Shown here: piece after piece, positions 1 through 10,004 of the stretch
Position numbering within the stretch: position 1 is the stretch's first letter
How the letters are laid out: each line of letters starts with the position of its first letter
Origin: a virus
Lineage: Duplodnaviria; Caudoviricetes
Strand: one strand, 5' to 3'
Length of the DNA: 58,553 nucleotides
IMG/VR virus record: IMGVR_UViG_3300025000_000115
Location: 1-58,553 of that record
Made by a program: the position numbers and the translations under genes
Notes under the pieces: generated by a model
What the model was told of the DNA's origin: nothing
Database searches by the model: none
Seen by the model: the letters and a program-made list of their open reading frames with translations, nothing else

Positions 1-161
1 AAGCACCAACAGCAGACCGATTACCAGTGATTTCATTTTAGACCTCGTTTATGATTAAAATTATTGTAACGACTGTGAGCATGATTACTCCAATAACGGT
101 AGACGTCATCTCAGACCTCCACGTAGGCTATTGTTCCGCAGGTTTTAATTCTAGCGACCTC
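1..161. repeat. Terminal direct repeat / circular overlap (copy 1)
   Basis: 1..161 equals 58393..58553 except position 50 T vs 58442 C; the gene starting at 58428 also starts at 36. Confidence 0.95.
38..109 (-). CDS. 23-aa hydrophobic micropeptide MTSTVIGVIMLTVVTIILIINEV
   Basis: Hand translation; GGAGG upstream, fills the gap between two minus-strand genes. Confidence 0.45.
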   Translation of the reverse strand: MTSTVIGVIMLTVVTIILIINEV

Positions 162-1343
162 GTACATTTCGTTAAACGCCTGCATGACACCGGGCCAAGA
201 AGCCGTGTAGTCATGAACAGCAACAATTTTACGGGCTTTGGGTGCCCATGCTTCCAGGTCGGCTTTACAGCCTTCGTAGGTATGCTCGGCGTCGATAAAC
301 ACCATGTCGAATTGCTCGCCGGTGATGCCGTTACCAATTTCAGCAGACTGACCTCTGACGACCATCAGATTATCATAAGCAGCAGTATTCCGACGGAAGG
401 TGTCGTACACATCTTCGGTTGCGGCGATATCTTCGAGAATACCATTACTTGACGGGTCGTGACCTAACCAGTTATCCACTGCTGTCACGTAGCCATTGCA
501 TCCTTCTAGCAGTGCCGTGGTGCTTCTACCCTTCCAGCTTCCTACCTCCGCGATGCTGTTCATACGCTGAGCTGTCTCGTACAGCCAAGCCAGTTCTTCC
601 TCAGACATGAAACCGTCAATCTGTAACGCTTTCATTATTGCTTCCGGTCGTGGTCGAGTCAGAAACGTGTGGAAGTTACCTTTATAGTCTTTACTGCCTG
701 AATGAGTGAACGTAATATTCGGCAGGCACCAGAGTTGACCGCCCGTCTTTTCCCATAGGTGGCAGAACCCGTAGTCATCATAAAACATGCGACCGTCGAT
801 CATGAACTCACCGAAAAAATTGTATGTCGGCTGGTTGCTGATCCCGTCATTATAAAGCAGTTCGGGGTACGCTTCCTGTAATGTGATGATTGCTTCACGG
901 CTGATTTTCATGAATCCTGTAGCTAACCCCTCGGCCAGCAGGACACCGTTATTAAAGATTACACCGCCGTCATCACCCTTCTTCAGACGAACAGCATACT
1001 CTTCAGAATCTTGTTTTTTCGGGTACGCACCACCTATCACATCCTCCTTGCTGATAATCAGGTCGTGAAAGATACCGGGCGCAAAACCAATATCCGAGTC
1101 GATAAAAACCATGTGACTACAGTCAGACGCCATGAATTTTCTCACCAGATTGTTACGCGCCATACTGATGTAAGGCAGGCCGACTTCGTAGCAGAAACTG
1201 AACGGGATATTACAGGCGAGCATAACCTGTAAGGCGTTCATTAATGCTTGATGACAATTACAGAAAATCTTTTTGTCAATGCACGGCACCGCAACAAAGA
1301 TTTTCAGACCGGTGTACTGCTCATTTAGTGGTTGTTCGCTCAT
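111..1343 (-). CDS. Glycosyltransferase (GT-A, DxD) fused to class I SAM methyltransferase (Methyltransf_24-like)
   Basis: N-half ARNNLVRKF...MVFIDSDI; C-half EVGSWKGRST, FDMVFIDAEHTYE, HDY. Confidence 0.8.
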   Translation of the reverse strand: MSEQPLNEQYTGLKIFVAVPCIDKKIFCNCHQALMNALQVMLACNIPFSFCYEVGLPYISMARNNLVRKFMASDCSHMVFIDSDIGFAPGIFHDLIISKEDVIGGAYPKKQDSEEYAVRLKKGDDGGVIFNNGVLLAEGLATGFMKISREAIITLQEAYPELLYNDGISNQPTYNFFGEFMIDGRMFYDDYGFCHLWEKTGGQLWCLPNITFTHSGSKDYKGNFHTFLTRPRPEAIMKALQIDGFMSEEELAWLYETAQRMNSIAEVGSWKGRSTTALLEGCNGYVTAVDNWLGHDPSSNGILEDIAATEDVYDTFRRNTAAYDNLMVVRGQSAEIGNGITGEQFDMVFIDAEHTYEGCKADLEAWAPKARKIVAVHDYTASWPGVMQAFNEMYEVARIKTCGTIAYVEV

Positions 1344-1523
1344 GTGTCCTCACCCTCCCCAGGTGTTTGATATATGTCTGTCTCTCCAGACTGTCACGCT
1401 GGGTTCATCGGTTGCCAGTTTGGTACAGCGTTCACCTGCTTGATTCACCCCGAATCGGTGTTCCGTCATTCTCCCTATCTGCCGGACGTTCCCTACTATG
1501 TTACCAGGGGGAAGATGTGTAAC

Positions 1524-1552
1524 GGTATACCGTACAACGAACCGTCTGTCAA
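1524..1552 (-). promoter_or_regulatory. Sigma70-like promoter upstream of GT-MTase
   Basis: TTGACA-17 nt-TATACC on minus strand. Confidence 0.55.
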
Positions 1553-1583
1553 TAAAAAAGCGGCAGGCTGTTACACCTGCCGC
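1553..1583 (-). terminator. Rho-independent terminator after the 581-aa virion gene
   Basis: GCGGCAGG/CCTGCCGC stem followed by a T-run on the minus strand. Confidence 0.75.
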
Positions 1584-1589
1584 GTGCTA

Positions 1590-3335
1590 TTACGCAGCGC
1601 CTTTCAGAGCACCGATGCCTGCATTACACAGACCCTGCTGGAACTCGTTGTTCAGGTTAAGGGTCTGACCGTCGCCTGTGCGGGCACAGAGGGCTACCCA
1701 CGAGCCAGGAGCACCACCGCCAGGACCAACAGCATTGAACACGCCGACAGTGTACTGCTCGGCTACCGGAGTGATTGCGGAAGCTGTCAGGTTGATGTAT
1801 GTAATTGCCAGAGTGTTGGCAGCAGAAACCCTGCATCCGGCAACAGCCAAACCAGCAGTCGCCGATGGCTTGTTGACGAATACCGTTGACGGGCTGGAGT
1901 TGATGAACGGCAGCGGGGTGACAGTGAACGTCTGTTCGGCTGTGGTATTGGCAGCCACACTCACGGGAGTCAGTGTCGGGGTGAGCACCGTGAACGGTAT
2001 TAACGGAGTCTGAGTCAGCACTGTGACACCATAAATTTCGGTCGCCGATGGCGTAACCGCTGCTGCTGACGCGTTGATGAACGGAACCTGAAGAGTATTG
2101 GCCGCGCTGACCCGACCAGTACCTGCCATAAGTCCTGCCGATACAGTCGGCTTGCTGACGCCGATAACAATGTCAGTAGCCAGCAGACCATTGACGGTCA
2201 GTGCTTGCTCGGCTGACGTAATGGACGCCACGGAAACCAGACCAGTACCGACAACGCCGTAGCTGGCTACGTGGTTGCAAGGAGGCAAGGTCATCAGACC
2301 GGCGATTCTGTACGCCTCAGAAGTGGGTGTAATTGCCACACTGGTTGCGTTGGCATAGGTGATTGCTATGCGGTTATTAGACACCACACGGGCGTTGGTT
2401 ACTGCAAGGCCAGCATCGGTAGTCGGTTTGTTGACGGCAATAGCCATACCAACCGAAATGTTGTTACCACCCAGGAAGGCAACAGTCGTGCTGCCGGAAG
2501 TGTAACCGGAGCCGGGGTTAGTAACCTGTACACCGATAACAGTGCCGGTGGAAGACATAATCGGCAGAGCCGTCGCACCTTTACCGGGACCAGGGTTAAT
2601 ACTAGGATTGCCGGTAAGCTGTGGGTTGACACCGTTGACTCCAGACAAACTCGGTGCATACTGAGTGTTTGACCCGGCAGCAATTGCGGCACCGGCGATC
2701 GTAGTATCCGTAAACACGATGGTCGGCGGCACGGTGTAGTTCGATCCAGCAGCAGTCAGCGTGACACCAGTAACCTGACCGGCGTTATTGACGGTAACAG
2801 TGCCGGTTGCGCTTACGGGTGTCAGGGCAAACTCCTGCTCGGCGACTGTGCCGATACCGGCAACACCGGAGCCAGGTACAGCGGCGGGTGTCAGGATCTG
2901 GCTGTGAACCGGCATACCGCGAAGCAGGGTTACGTTGTAAATCTGCCCTGCTGTAGGTGTCACGGCGGCGGCTGTTGCGTTCGACAGCACGAACTGAAGT
3001 GTGTTGGCGGCACTGATTCGCCCACCGTGGAAACCTGCACCGGCATTGGCTGTCGGTTTGTTGATCGCAGCAATGAAGTCGGTTGTGAGTGGGCCGTTAC
3101 CAGCGGTAGTGCCGACAGTCAGTGCCTGTTCAGCAGCGGTATTGGCAGCGATTGACGCTACGGTAAGTGTTTCCTGATAGGTGACGATCTGTGCGCCGAC
3201 GGTCGGAACTACCGGACCCTGCATACCACTGGCGCGTTGCGGTACTGGACCATTGCCGTAAAGCGAAACGGGATCGGTTGCATCTTTACCGAGAGTGATA
3301 CCGTCAATTGCGTCACCTGTGTAAGTTCTCTTCAT
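1590..3335 (-). CDS. Ala/Thr/Gly/Val-rich repetitive virion protein (head decoration or fibre candidate)
   Basis: Directly after coat gene; repeated NKPT..AGL...RVSAANTL modules and GSGY/GSNY-type beta repeats. Confidence 0.6.
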   Translation of the reverse strand: MKRTYTGDAIDGITLGKDATDPVSLYGNGPVPQRASGMQGPVVPTVGAQIVTYQETLTVASIAANTAAEQALTVGTTAGNGPLTTDFIAAINKPTANAGAGFHGGRISAANTLQFVLSNATAAAVTPTAGQIYNVTLLRGMPVHSQILTPAAVPGSGVAGIGTVAEQEFALTPVSATGTVTVNNAGQVTGVTLTAAGSNYTVPPTIVFTDTTIAGAAIAAGSNTQYAPSLSGVNGVNPQLTGNPSINPGPGKGATALPIMSSTGTVIGVQVTNPGSGYTSGSTTVAFLGGNNISVGMAIAVNKPTTDAGLAVTNARVVSNNRIAITYANATSVAITPTSEAYRIAGLMTLPPCNHVASYGVVGTGLVSVASITSAEQALTVNGLLATDIVIGVSKPTVSAGLMAGTGRVSAANTLQVPFINASAAAVTPSATEIYGVTVLTQTPLIPFTVLTPTLTPVSVAANTTAEQTFTVTPLPFINSSPSTVFVNKPSATAGLAVAGCRVSAANTLAITYINLTASAITPVAEQYTVGVFNAVGPGGGAPGSWVALCARTGDGQTLNLNNEFQQGLCNAGIGALKGAA

Positions 3336-3393
3336 GATTTTTCTCCTTACCCGCCGACTTAACCGCCGACGGGTGGTTGATGTTGGTTGACGG

Positions 3394-4659
3394 TTATCTT
3401 GTGATCCTGACAGCTAATTGCGCCCGCGTAGTCAGGTAGCCCATCAGAACGTCGAAACGACTGATATACAGGCGGTTGATTATGTCGAAACCACGGATGA
3501 AGGACAGGCTGATGCCGTCAACTGCTTCACGGTAAGCTATATCCATACCTTTGGGAAGGTCGAGGTCGGCAGTGACGAAGGTGAAAGCGTCCTTGTGGTA
3601 AGCGATGTTCTGACCATAGGTGGTGCTTGCTGCGCCGGTCAGGAAGGTAAGTGCTCCACCGTTGGTCGGTGATGCGCTAACATTCTGATAAGCACCGCTC
3701 GTGATGATCTGAGGATTAACCACGATGGGGATCAGGCCGTTGGCGTCTGCGGTATAGAAACCCTGTGTTACCAGCACGCCGTTGGTGAACACTGCCGGTG
3801 TGTAGTAAGCACTGGAGCCGACAGCAACAGCGAACTGCTGGAGCGCACCGTAATTGGTCTTGGCTTCGGGGTGAACTTTGTTGCAACCAGCAGCGGTAAA
3901 CACGGTGCCGACGGTGATGGTCGCACCAGGAGTCCAGCCGGAAGTATTCAGAATGGAGCCTGTCTGATTCAGGCCATTGACGACAACATTGGCGGAACCG
4001 AGCATTGTGCCGTTGGTATGGGTCGGGACCAGCTCGTTCTCGAAGAAGTCGAAGCCTGACAGATGCCCCATTTCACCGTCCAGATACTGACTGGAGATGT
4101 TTTTCGAGGGGTTAAAGTTGTTCTGCAAGCCGTTGACCAAACCTGCTGACGTAACGCTATCAAGCTGAACGAAACGGCTGTTGCCCTTGGGTGCGAGACT
4201 CTGGTTAAGCAGAGTTTTAGCATTCAGGAACGGCAGGATTGTTGCCGGGGTGACGCCCGCTGTGCCAACGAACTGATACACGTCAGAATACAGGCGACTG
4301 AGCACTTCAGACTCGATACTGGCGGAAATGATCGCCATACAGGGGTCGAGGAACCGCTCGCCGAAATCATCGATGTTCATGGTCAGGTCGATACTGTTAA
4401 TGTCAAGATCAGCACCGACTACAGTACTGACAACCAGTGTTTCAGACTGCTCGTTGGTTGCCTGGGGTGAGGCGACAAGGCCGCGACGGGCGACATACTG
4501 GTTGGGCAGGCGGATACGCAAAGACTGACCGATTCTAGCACCGGAGTTGGCAAACTGGTCATCATACTGCCTGGACACAGTGCCGATGAAAGCCGGTTTC
4601 GAGTGTAATATTGCTAATGCCTTGCGCGTTACCTTGATGTCTGTTAAGAAGGTACTCAT
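3394..4659 (-). CDS. Major capsid protein, P22 gp5-like
   Basis: RQYDDQFA..GARIGQSLRIRLP N-terminus, SRFDVLMG C-terminus; position after scaffold. Confidence 0.88.
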   Translation of the reverse strand: MSTFLTDIKVTRKALAILHSKPAFIGTVSRQYDDQFANSGARIGQSLRIRLPNQYVARRGLVASPQATNEQSETLVVSTVVGADLDINSIDLTMNIDDFGERFLDPCMAIISASIESEVLSRLYSDVYQFVGTAGVTPATILPFLNAKTLLNQSLAPKGNSRFVQLDSVTSAGLVNGLQNNFNPSKNISSQYLDGEMGHLSGFDFFENELVPTHTNGTMLGSANVVVNGLNQTGSILNTSGWTPGATITVGTVFTAAGCNKVHPEAKTNYGALQQFAVAVGSSAYYTPAVFTNGVLVTQGFYTADANGLIPIVVNPQIITSGAYQNVSASPTNGGALTFLTGAASTTYGQNIAYHKDAFTFVTADLDLPKGMDIAYREAVDGISLSFIRGFDIINRLYISRFDVLMGYLTTRAQLAVRITR

Positions 4660-4662
4660 TGT

Positions 4663-5598
4663 TTAGCTCCTTTTTCGTCGCTCCGCTTGCCGCGCCTTTT
4701 CCCTGGCAAGATACTCGGCCATCGGTATTTTGTCGTCATCTGCATCGACGTTACCGCCGCTATTGAGTGGCTTGATCGGGTCGGGAGCGGCTGACACATG
4801 CTTCACGACTGGTTGTGGTTTATTTATGATACTGGCTTCAATTCGCCCAATTTCCCTCAGTTGTGTGACCGGGCTGAGTGAAGCCAGTCGCAATACTTCG
4901 GGTTTGTTATTTGCAAAATATCTGAGTAGCTTTGGACCGACATCCGATTCGCGTATAGCTTCCTGCATCGGGTCGGTCAGCGGCAGGTGATTTGGTCCCG
5001 GCAGATGAAAAGTATCTGCAATGGTTTTGATATCGGGATCAAGTGCCGCTTCTTCATTCAGCCGTTTTTGAAAACTGGCTGTAATCTGTGCATCGGTCTG
5101 TTGACGTTGGTGTTGCTGTGCCTGAGTGCCAAACTCCTGACGCGCCTCGTATCTCGCCAAATCGACGATATACTTACGGTCAGCTTGTCTGAACGCCGCG
5201 TCAGCAGCCTCGAAATCAGAGTATTCTTCAAACTGATTAGGTAACGGCTGTACGGGTGGCTCTGGTGGACCGGCGGGTTTGGCGACCGGTGTAGGTGCTG
5301 CTGGTGTAGCCACAGTGGGTCGCTCGGCAATTCCACGGTAGTAAGCCGCTTCCTCGCGGGCTGTCTGTGCGGCAGCTTCAGCAGCTTGACGCTTGACGCG
5401 TTCCGCTTTAGCGGCAGCACGTAACCCAGCTTCAGGTGTGCCGGCAGCGGGTTCGTTGCTGTCGGGTGGGTCCGGTGTTACTGGATCGGGTGTAACCGGG
5501 TCCGGTGTTACTGGATCGGGTGTAACCGGGTCCGGCGTGTTGCCTCCACCATTCAACTCAGGATTGTCAAAGACCAGATGTACGAATTTTCTACGCAT
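4663..5598 (-). CDS. Scaffolding protein
   Basis: Between portal and coat; GPKLLRYFANN...LREIGRIEA..SAAPDPIKPL motif; PDPVT repeats. Confidence 0.8.
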   Translation of the reverse strand: MRRKFVHLVFDNPELNGGGNTPDPVTPDPVTPDPVTPDPVTPDPPDSNEPAAGTPEAGLRAAAKAERVKRQAAEAAAQTAREEAAYYRGIAERPTVATPAAPTPVAKPAGPPEPPVQPLPNQFEEYSDFEAADAAFRQADRKYIVDLARYEARQEFGTQAQQHQRQQTDAQITASFQKRLNEEAALDPDIKTIADTFHLPGPNHLPLTDPMQEAIRESDVGPKLLRYFANNKPEVLRLASLSPVTQLREIGRIEASIINKPQPVVKHVSAAPDPIKPLNSGGNVDADDDKIPMAEYLAREKARQAERRKRS

Positions 5599-5670
5599 GA
5601 TTCACTCCCTCTGCCCGTAAGTCGGCATCACTTTATTGTGCTACTTGCCCGATAACCCGGCACCGGCTTG

Positions 5671-5892
5671 TTATTTACTCTTCAACAAAGTTTTAGCATG
5701 ACGCATTGCCTCATTTTCTGACTTTGCAATCATTATCTTTTCACCTTTTGGACCGTAAGTACTCACCGTCAGTCCATTATCAGCCTCAGTAATACGGACA
5801 CACCTTTTTTCGCGGTACTGTTGTACAGTTGGTTCTGGCACCGGTGAGTTACCACCGTGCTTACGCCCCTTACCCTTGTCCTTCATTGCCAT
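5671..5892 (-). CDS. Small basic hypothetical protein
   Basis: ORF with GGAGG RBS overlapping portal end. Confidence 0.55.
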   Translation of the reverse strand: MAMKDKGKGRKHGGNSPVPEPTVQQYREKRCVRITEADNGLTVSTYGPKGEKIMIAKSENEAMRHAKTLLKSK

Positions 5893-8116
5893 TTTGTCCT
5901 CCCATTAATTGCTGGTCCGCTGGATGAGCACCCGGTGCCGCGTGAAGCTCACTGAGGATACCCAATACGGCTGACCGCACCTCTTTGATTTGTTCGTCCT
6001 TAGACTCGGCCATTTCTTTTGCCAGTTTGACGAGTGCGACTTTCTGCTCAATCAGACCTTTTTGCTGGCGCACCTCTTCCGTGCGCGACTTCTGGTGCAT
6101 CAACATGACCTGTGGCGGTGGCGGTGGTTGATACGGCTTCTCGCCCTCGTGTAATGCAACCAGACCTGGAGGCATGGTCTTACGTATCCTGGCAGCAAGT
6201 TTTTCACCCTGCTGATTGTCCATGATACCTTCGATAATCAGATCGCCACCAAGTTTACCAATGGACGGTACGCTGTTAATCAGCGACATCATCTGCTGAG
6301 ATGCTTCCTGGCGAGCGGTCGCGTAAGACGGGCCGACTGTGACCACAACTTCATACTTGCCCTCGGCAATGTCATTCAGCTTTGCCATATCGTCGCCGCG
6401 CTGATACATCTCAACGAGTTTCGCCGGATTCATACCGCGATAAGTGGTCGGGAAGCGTTGCAACTTCTCGATTGCCGCTCTGACGGTGGTGTTAATCGGC
6501 ACGACAGTCTCGGTGTCGTCGATGTTACGAATACGAACGTCCCGCTCCGTGTCATACAGGGTCGGAATCATGGAGTTCATAATCTTGGCGCTGTGCTCGA
6601 TACCGCGATTCAGTTTGTAAGCGTATACGTAGCTACCGACATCTGACGGCTTCTGCTTGGCATACACGGCTGCACCGGTTCGTTCAGGACCACCCTCGCC
6701 GATATCGCCGCCGAAAATACCAATAACCCGCCTCAAGTTATCCACGGCTCTTGCTGCCTGGTTGAACAATGCAATAGGTGGGTCGCCGGGTCGAGTGCGT
6801 ATTGGCGGTGGTGCCGGAACGCCTGACTCCACGTCCATGTTATAAAGCAGGAACGGATTGTTCTTGACGTTGGCGTTCTTATAGTCTTCCTCAAATCCTT
6901 CGACTTGCCGCGGTGTCAGCATGTATGGTGCCTTGGGCGACATGGCAATTGCCTCGGCAAGTGCCGTTTCACTGTAGTTCACCATTTTCTGCTGGTCGCG
7001 GGCGTCTTTGATAAGACCCTTGACGTACTGCTTGCCCTCGATATTCTGCGTGACACCGAGGATCTGAACGATGGGTACATACTCGCCGGGGAAATCCTCA
7101 CCATCCAGCAGCTTCTGAGTATGCTCCTTGTCGGTCATGTTCTTCGACTTTGCCGGTCCAAGAATCGCCGTGGCAGTCAGTGTGTAGTATTTAACTTTTT
7201 TAACGTATGTCGCTTTCTCTTTGACTATGGTGGGGGGCAGCAGCCGCCGATGCTGCGGTGCTGCACCAGGTAATACAGGCAAAGGAGCGGGTAACGCCGT
7301 AGGGGAGGGGGCCACGGGTGTTACACCACTCGACTTTGCCTGACTCTCAGCCATCAACTCGTCTGCTTCCTCGCGGGTAATTACTGTGCCGTCTTCCATC
7401 TGGCACATCATTATCTTTTCGGATTTGACGACGAAGTATTCGGCCAGCGTTATGAAATCCTTATCGAAATACAGTTCGTCCTTCATGCCAAGACCGGTTT
7501 TAATTATCTCGGACGGCCAATCGGCATCAGGCCACTCGTCCTCAAATTGATCGCGGGAGTACTTGGTCAGGATGAAACCGAACTTGGCGTCGGCACCGGC
7601 CTCGTCCTTGCGTGTCGGGTCCAGGTAGACGTTGAATGGATTGGGGATCGCTTCAAGGTACATCTCTTGGATAAACGGGTTTTCTTCGGTGTAGCGGGTG
7701 TTGATACGCCACGCGCCATAACCACATGCCACCTGGCTCTTACCGGCAGTCATGTAGATGTCTTCGCCGTTGGAGCGGTATTCGGTATTGGATATGATGC
7801 CGGAACGAATCTTGGCTATGTGCTGAGAGGATTTGTAGTCGCCGGGCTTGACTTTAGCTCGTGCGCGGTTGTGCAGCATTTCGCCGACAACCTGATTGAC
7901 GAAGACAGGGAACAGCGGGACGTTCAGGCAGGGGCGACCTTCCAACTTGCGACGCTTGACTTCCTCGTCATCCCACATGTTATCGCCGTTGAGCATCTTC
8001 AGACAGTTAACGGCGATTTTACGGTTATGATCGTCGGAGTCGATACACTTCTTCAGCTGCTTCTTGGCTTTATCAAGAAACTTCTGGAGTTTTTCGTCGG
8101 CAGTATTTTTAGCCAT
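5870..8116 (-). CDS. Portal protein, P22 gp1-like
   Basis: GRPCLNV, CGYGAWRI, GLIKDARDQQKMVNY, YEVVVTVGPSYATARQEA motifs. Confidence 0.9.
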   Translation of the reverse strand: MAKNTADEKLQKFLDKAKKQLKKCIDSDDHNRKIAVNCLKMLNGDNMWDDEEVKRRKLEGRPCLNVPLFPVFVNQVVGEMLHNRARAKVKPGDYKSSQHIAKIRSGIISNTEYRSNGEDIYMTAGKSQVACGYGAWRINTRYTEENPFIQEMYLEAIPNPFNVYLDPTRKDEAGADAKFGFILTKYSRDQFEDEWPDADWPSEIIKTGLGMKDELYFDKDFITLAEYFVVKSEKIMMCQMEDGTVITREEADELMAESQAKSSGVTPVAPSPTALPAPLPVLPGAAPQHRRLLPPTIVKEKATYVKKVKYYTLTATAILGPAKSKNMTDKEHTQKLLDGEDFPGEYVPIVQILGVTQNIEGKQYVKGLIKDARDQQKMVNYSETALAEAIAMSPKAPYMLTPRQVEGFEEDYKNANVKNNPFLLYNMDVESGVPAPPPIRTRPGDPPIALFNQAARAVDNLRRVIGIFGGDIGEGGPERTGAAVYAKQKPSDVGSYVYAYKLNRGIEHSAKIMNSMIPTLYDTERDVRIRNIDDTETVVPINTTVRAAIEKLQRFPTTYRGMNPAKLVEMYQRGDDMAKLNDIAEGKYEVVVTVGPSYATARQEASQQMMSLINSVPSIGKLGGDLIIEGIMDNQQGEKLAARIRKTMPPGLVALHEGEKPYQPPPPPQVMLMHQKSRTEEVRQQKGLIEQKVALVKLAKEMAESKDEQIKEVRSAVLGILSELHAAPGAHPADQQLMGGQNGNEGQG

Positions 8117-8224
8117 GATGCTGGTCTGCTCCTGTTTGAGTACCAGTCTTGTCGTGCCACCCCCATTGGGCTACACGTTTTGCCAAATATCCTTACGCTA
8201 ATGTAAACAGTTGTCAAGATAATT

Positions 8225-8524
8225 TTATGCGGTGTCCCACTCCGCTAAATTAGGCACACCGAGCGGATTTTCCTTTGCCAGGCGTGCGTCAACTCTTGCC
8301 GGTAGTTCGGCTATGAACGTTTCGTTGATCTGCAACAACTCCTGCGCTGCCCGCTGAACGGCTGGCGGCGGTTCGGCAGAACCGTCCTCGTATCGTTGAT
8401 AGGTAGACTTCGGGATACCAAGACACAGTGCGATATCGGTCATACTGAAGCCGATTTTATGTCGTAATTCTTTCAGATTCATGCGTACAGTTTCCGTATC
8501 GTTTGTGCGATTCTGACCCATCAC
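8225..8524 (-). CDS. XRE-family HTH DNA-binding protein
   Basis: LKELRHKIGFSMTDIALCLGIPKSTYQRYEDG. Confidence 0.8.
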   Translation of the reverse strand: MMGQNRTNDTETVRMNLKELRHKIGFSMTDIALCLGIPKSTYQRYEDGSAEPPPAVQRAAQELLQINETFIAELPARVDARLAKENPLGVPNLAEWDTA

Positions 8525-8766
8525 TTCTTCCTCCCATCCGTATGCAATCTGCCGATCAGACCAATCAGCAGTCGTTCCATGGGCGTGTTACGACACTGCT
8601 CAACATCAATCCATGGACAGAAAAATATGTTTTTAAGAGTGACAGTAACCTCGTGAATACCACATTCTTCCTCAATTACCTGTACGGCAGCAGCCAACCG
8701 CTGAAACTTCTCCAAGCTTTTAATCTGGATACCTTCAAGCATTATTTCCGGTCGGCGTATGTTCAC
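8521..8766 (-). CDS. Hypothetical protein
   Basis: Start/stop-overlapped ORF in operon. Confidence 0.55.
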   Translation of the reverse strand: MNIRRPEIMLEGIQIKSLEKFQRLAAAVQVIEEECGIHEVTVTLKNIFFCPWIDVEQCRNTPMERLLIGLIGRLHTDGRKK

Positions 8767-8952
8767 TCCCCGACTTCCTGCTCCATCTCGTTCTGCCAGA
8801 TAGCCACCAGTGCTTCCGGCGCGATGTCCATTTTTAAACGGAGTGCTTTGGAAGACAAGTCGTACCGTTCGGTGATGTGGGTGGCAAACAGCGTGATGAC
8901 TTCTCGCACGTCTTCAGTGGTATACGTTGCGACTGGCTGGTTACGTGTACGC

Positions 8953-9330
8953 TTACTGCCCATGAAACACCTCCACACTGGTGCCACTCGCAGCACCATC
9001 ATGCGGATATTCAGACCACACCCCATGCGACAGTCTCATTGCGGGTGGCTGGTCTACCACACACGCCACGTCTTCTTCGTGCATGATCCGTACGTCATCG
9101 TCACCTGGTATCCTGAACTCACCAGCACCGGCTTCATAGACGACTCGATCACCGACCTGCATATCAGTCACTCGTGGGCCGATTGCCTCAACGATACCAT
9201 GCAGGACAGGCGTGCAGCGGTTCAGGTCGGCACCGGGTAAGATGACACCGGGCAGCACGACGGGCAACTCCCTGACGAAACAGAAGTCGCGTACAGGCTT
9301 CCAGTTGAGCTGCGAATAGTCAGTTAGCAT
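8953..9330 (-). CDS. GroES/Cpn10-like co-chaperonin
   Basis: KPVRDFCFVR..GVILP..GIVEAIGP..MQVGDRVVY..IMHEEDVACV pattern; start moved to MLTDYS. Confidence 0.7.
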   Translation of the reverse strand: MLTDYSQLNWKPVRDFCFVRELPVVLPGVILPGADLNRCTPVLHGIVEAIGPRVTDMQVGDRVVYEAGAGEFRIPGDDDVRIMHEEDVACVVDQPPAMRLSHGVWSEYPHDGAASGTSVEVFHGQ

Positions 9331-9508
9331 GACAGTCCTCGATTGCTCTTGCAAACGTGATTAACTTACGAGCAAAAGCAGTCAAGTCTTTTGATTTCTT
9401 CAGACTGATCGTGCCATCACCGTTGTCAACCGGTTGCAAAGAGCCGTGTAAATATAGTGAAAACCCGTGTTCCGATGCCAATTGAATAATCTCTTCATCA
9501 GTTAGCAT
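9320..9508 (-). CDS. Hypothetical protein
   Basis: MLTDEEIIQLA...FARAIE, coupled in operon. Confidence 0.55.
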   Translation of the reverse strand: MLTDEEIIQLASEHGFSLYLHGSLQPVDNGDGTISLKKSKDLTAFARKLITFARAIEDCHAN

Positions 9509-9696
9509 GACTCGTTAATCTCCGTGACCAGCTCGACAAGCAGTTGCTCAGGCTGATCGGAATACAGCACCTCGATGTGGTTGCCTTGCTGATTCCAGGT
9601 TGACATTATGACGCTGACGACGTGCTCTTCAGCGACTGCTCCTTGGACTGCTTGCGGGTTAATCCATTTTCCGTTTGGTAGTTGTATCAGCATCAC
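9502..9696 (-). CDS. Hypothetical protein
   Basis: GGAGG RBS, coupled ORF. Confidence 0.55.
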   Translation of the reverse strand: MMLIQLPNGKWINPQAVQGAVAEEHVVSVIMSTWNQQGNHIEVLYSDQPEQLLVELVTEINESC

Positions 9697-9914
9697 TCAC
9701 ACCTCCATGTAAGGTCCGTTTGGTGTCATCTGATCCATATCAGTTATGTCCATTCGGTTGTAAAAAATCTGGCAGATTGCTGTTTTAGTGGCGTGCAGTC
9801 GGTCAGGTGACTGCTGACGTTTACGTCGCATGAACGATTCCGCTGCATACTGATACGCGTCAAGTCGGTCTGCGTCTTCCTGCCGCTTCCGCTGGTTCTC
9901 CCTGTAACCCACAC

Positions 9915-10001
9915 TCACCTCCCCCACTTTCCGATTAATATTCCGGTAAAAAGACCGATAAAAAACACGACTATACTCAATACAATAGCAGCCTCGTGCA
10001 T
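9915..10001 (-). CDS. 28-aa single-TM micropeptide MHEAAIVLSIVVFFIGLFTGILIGKWGR
   Basis: Hand translation; GGAGGTGTGAGTG before ATG, same leader as the gene ending at 9502. Confidence 0.5.
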   Translation of the reverse strand: MHEAAIVLSIVVFFIGLFTGILIGKWGR

Positions 10002-10004
10002 CAC

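Noticed and set aside
1-161. 161-bp end repeat as the physical terminal repeat
   Set aside because: It cuts through coding genes in the head module; more likely an assembly overlap of a circular or permuted genome
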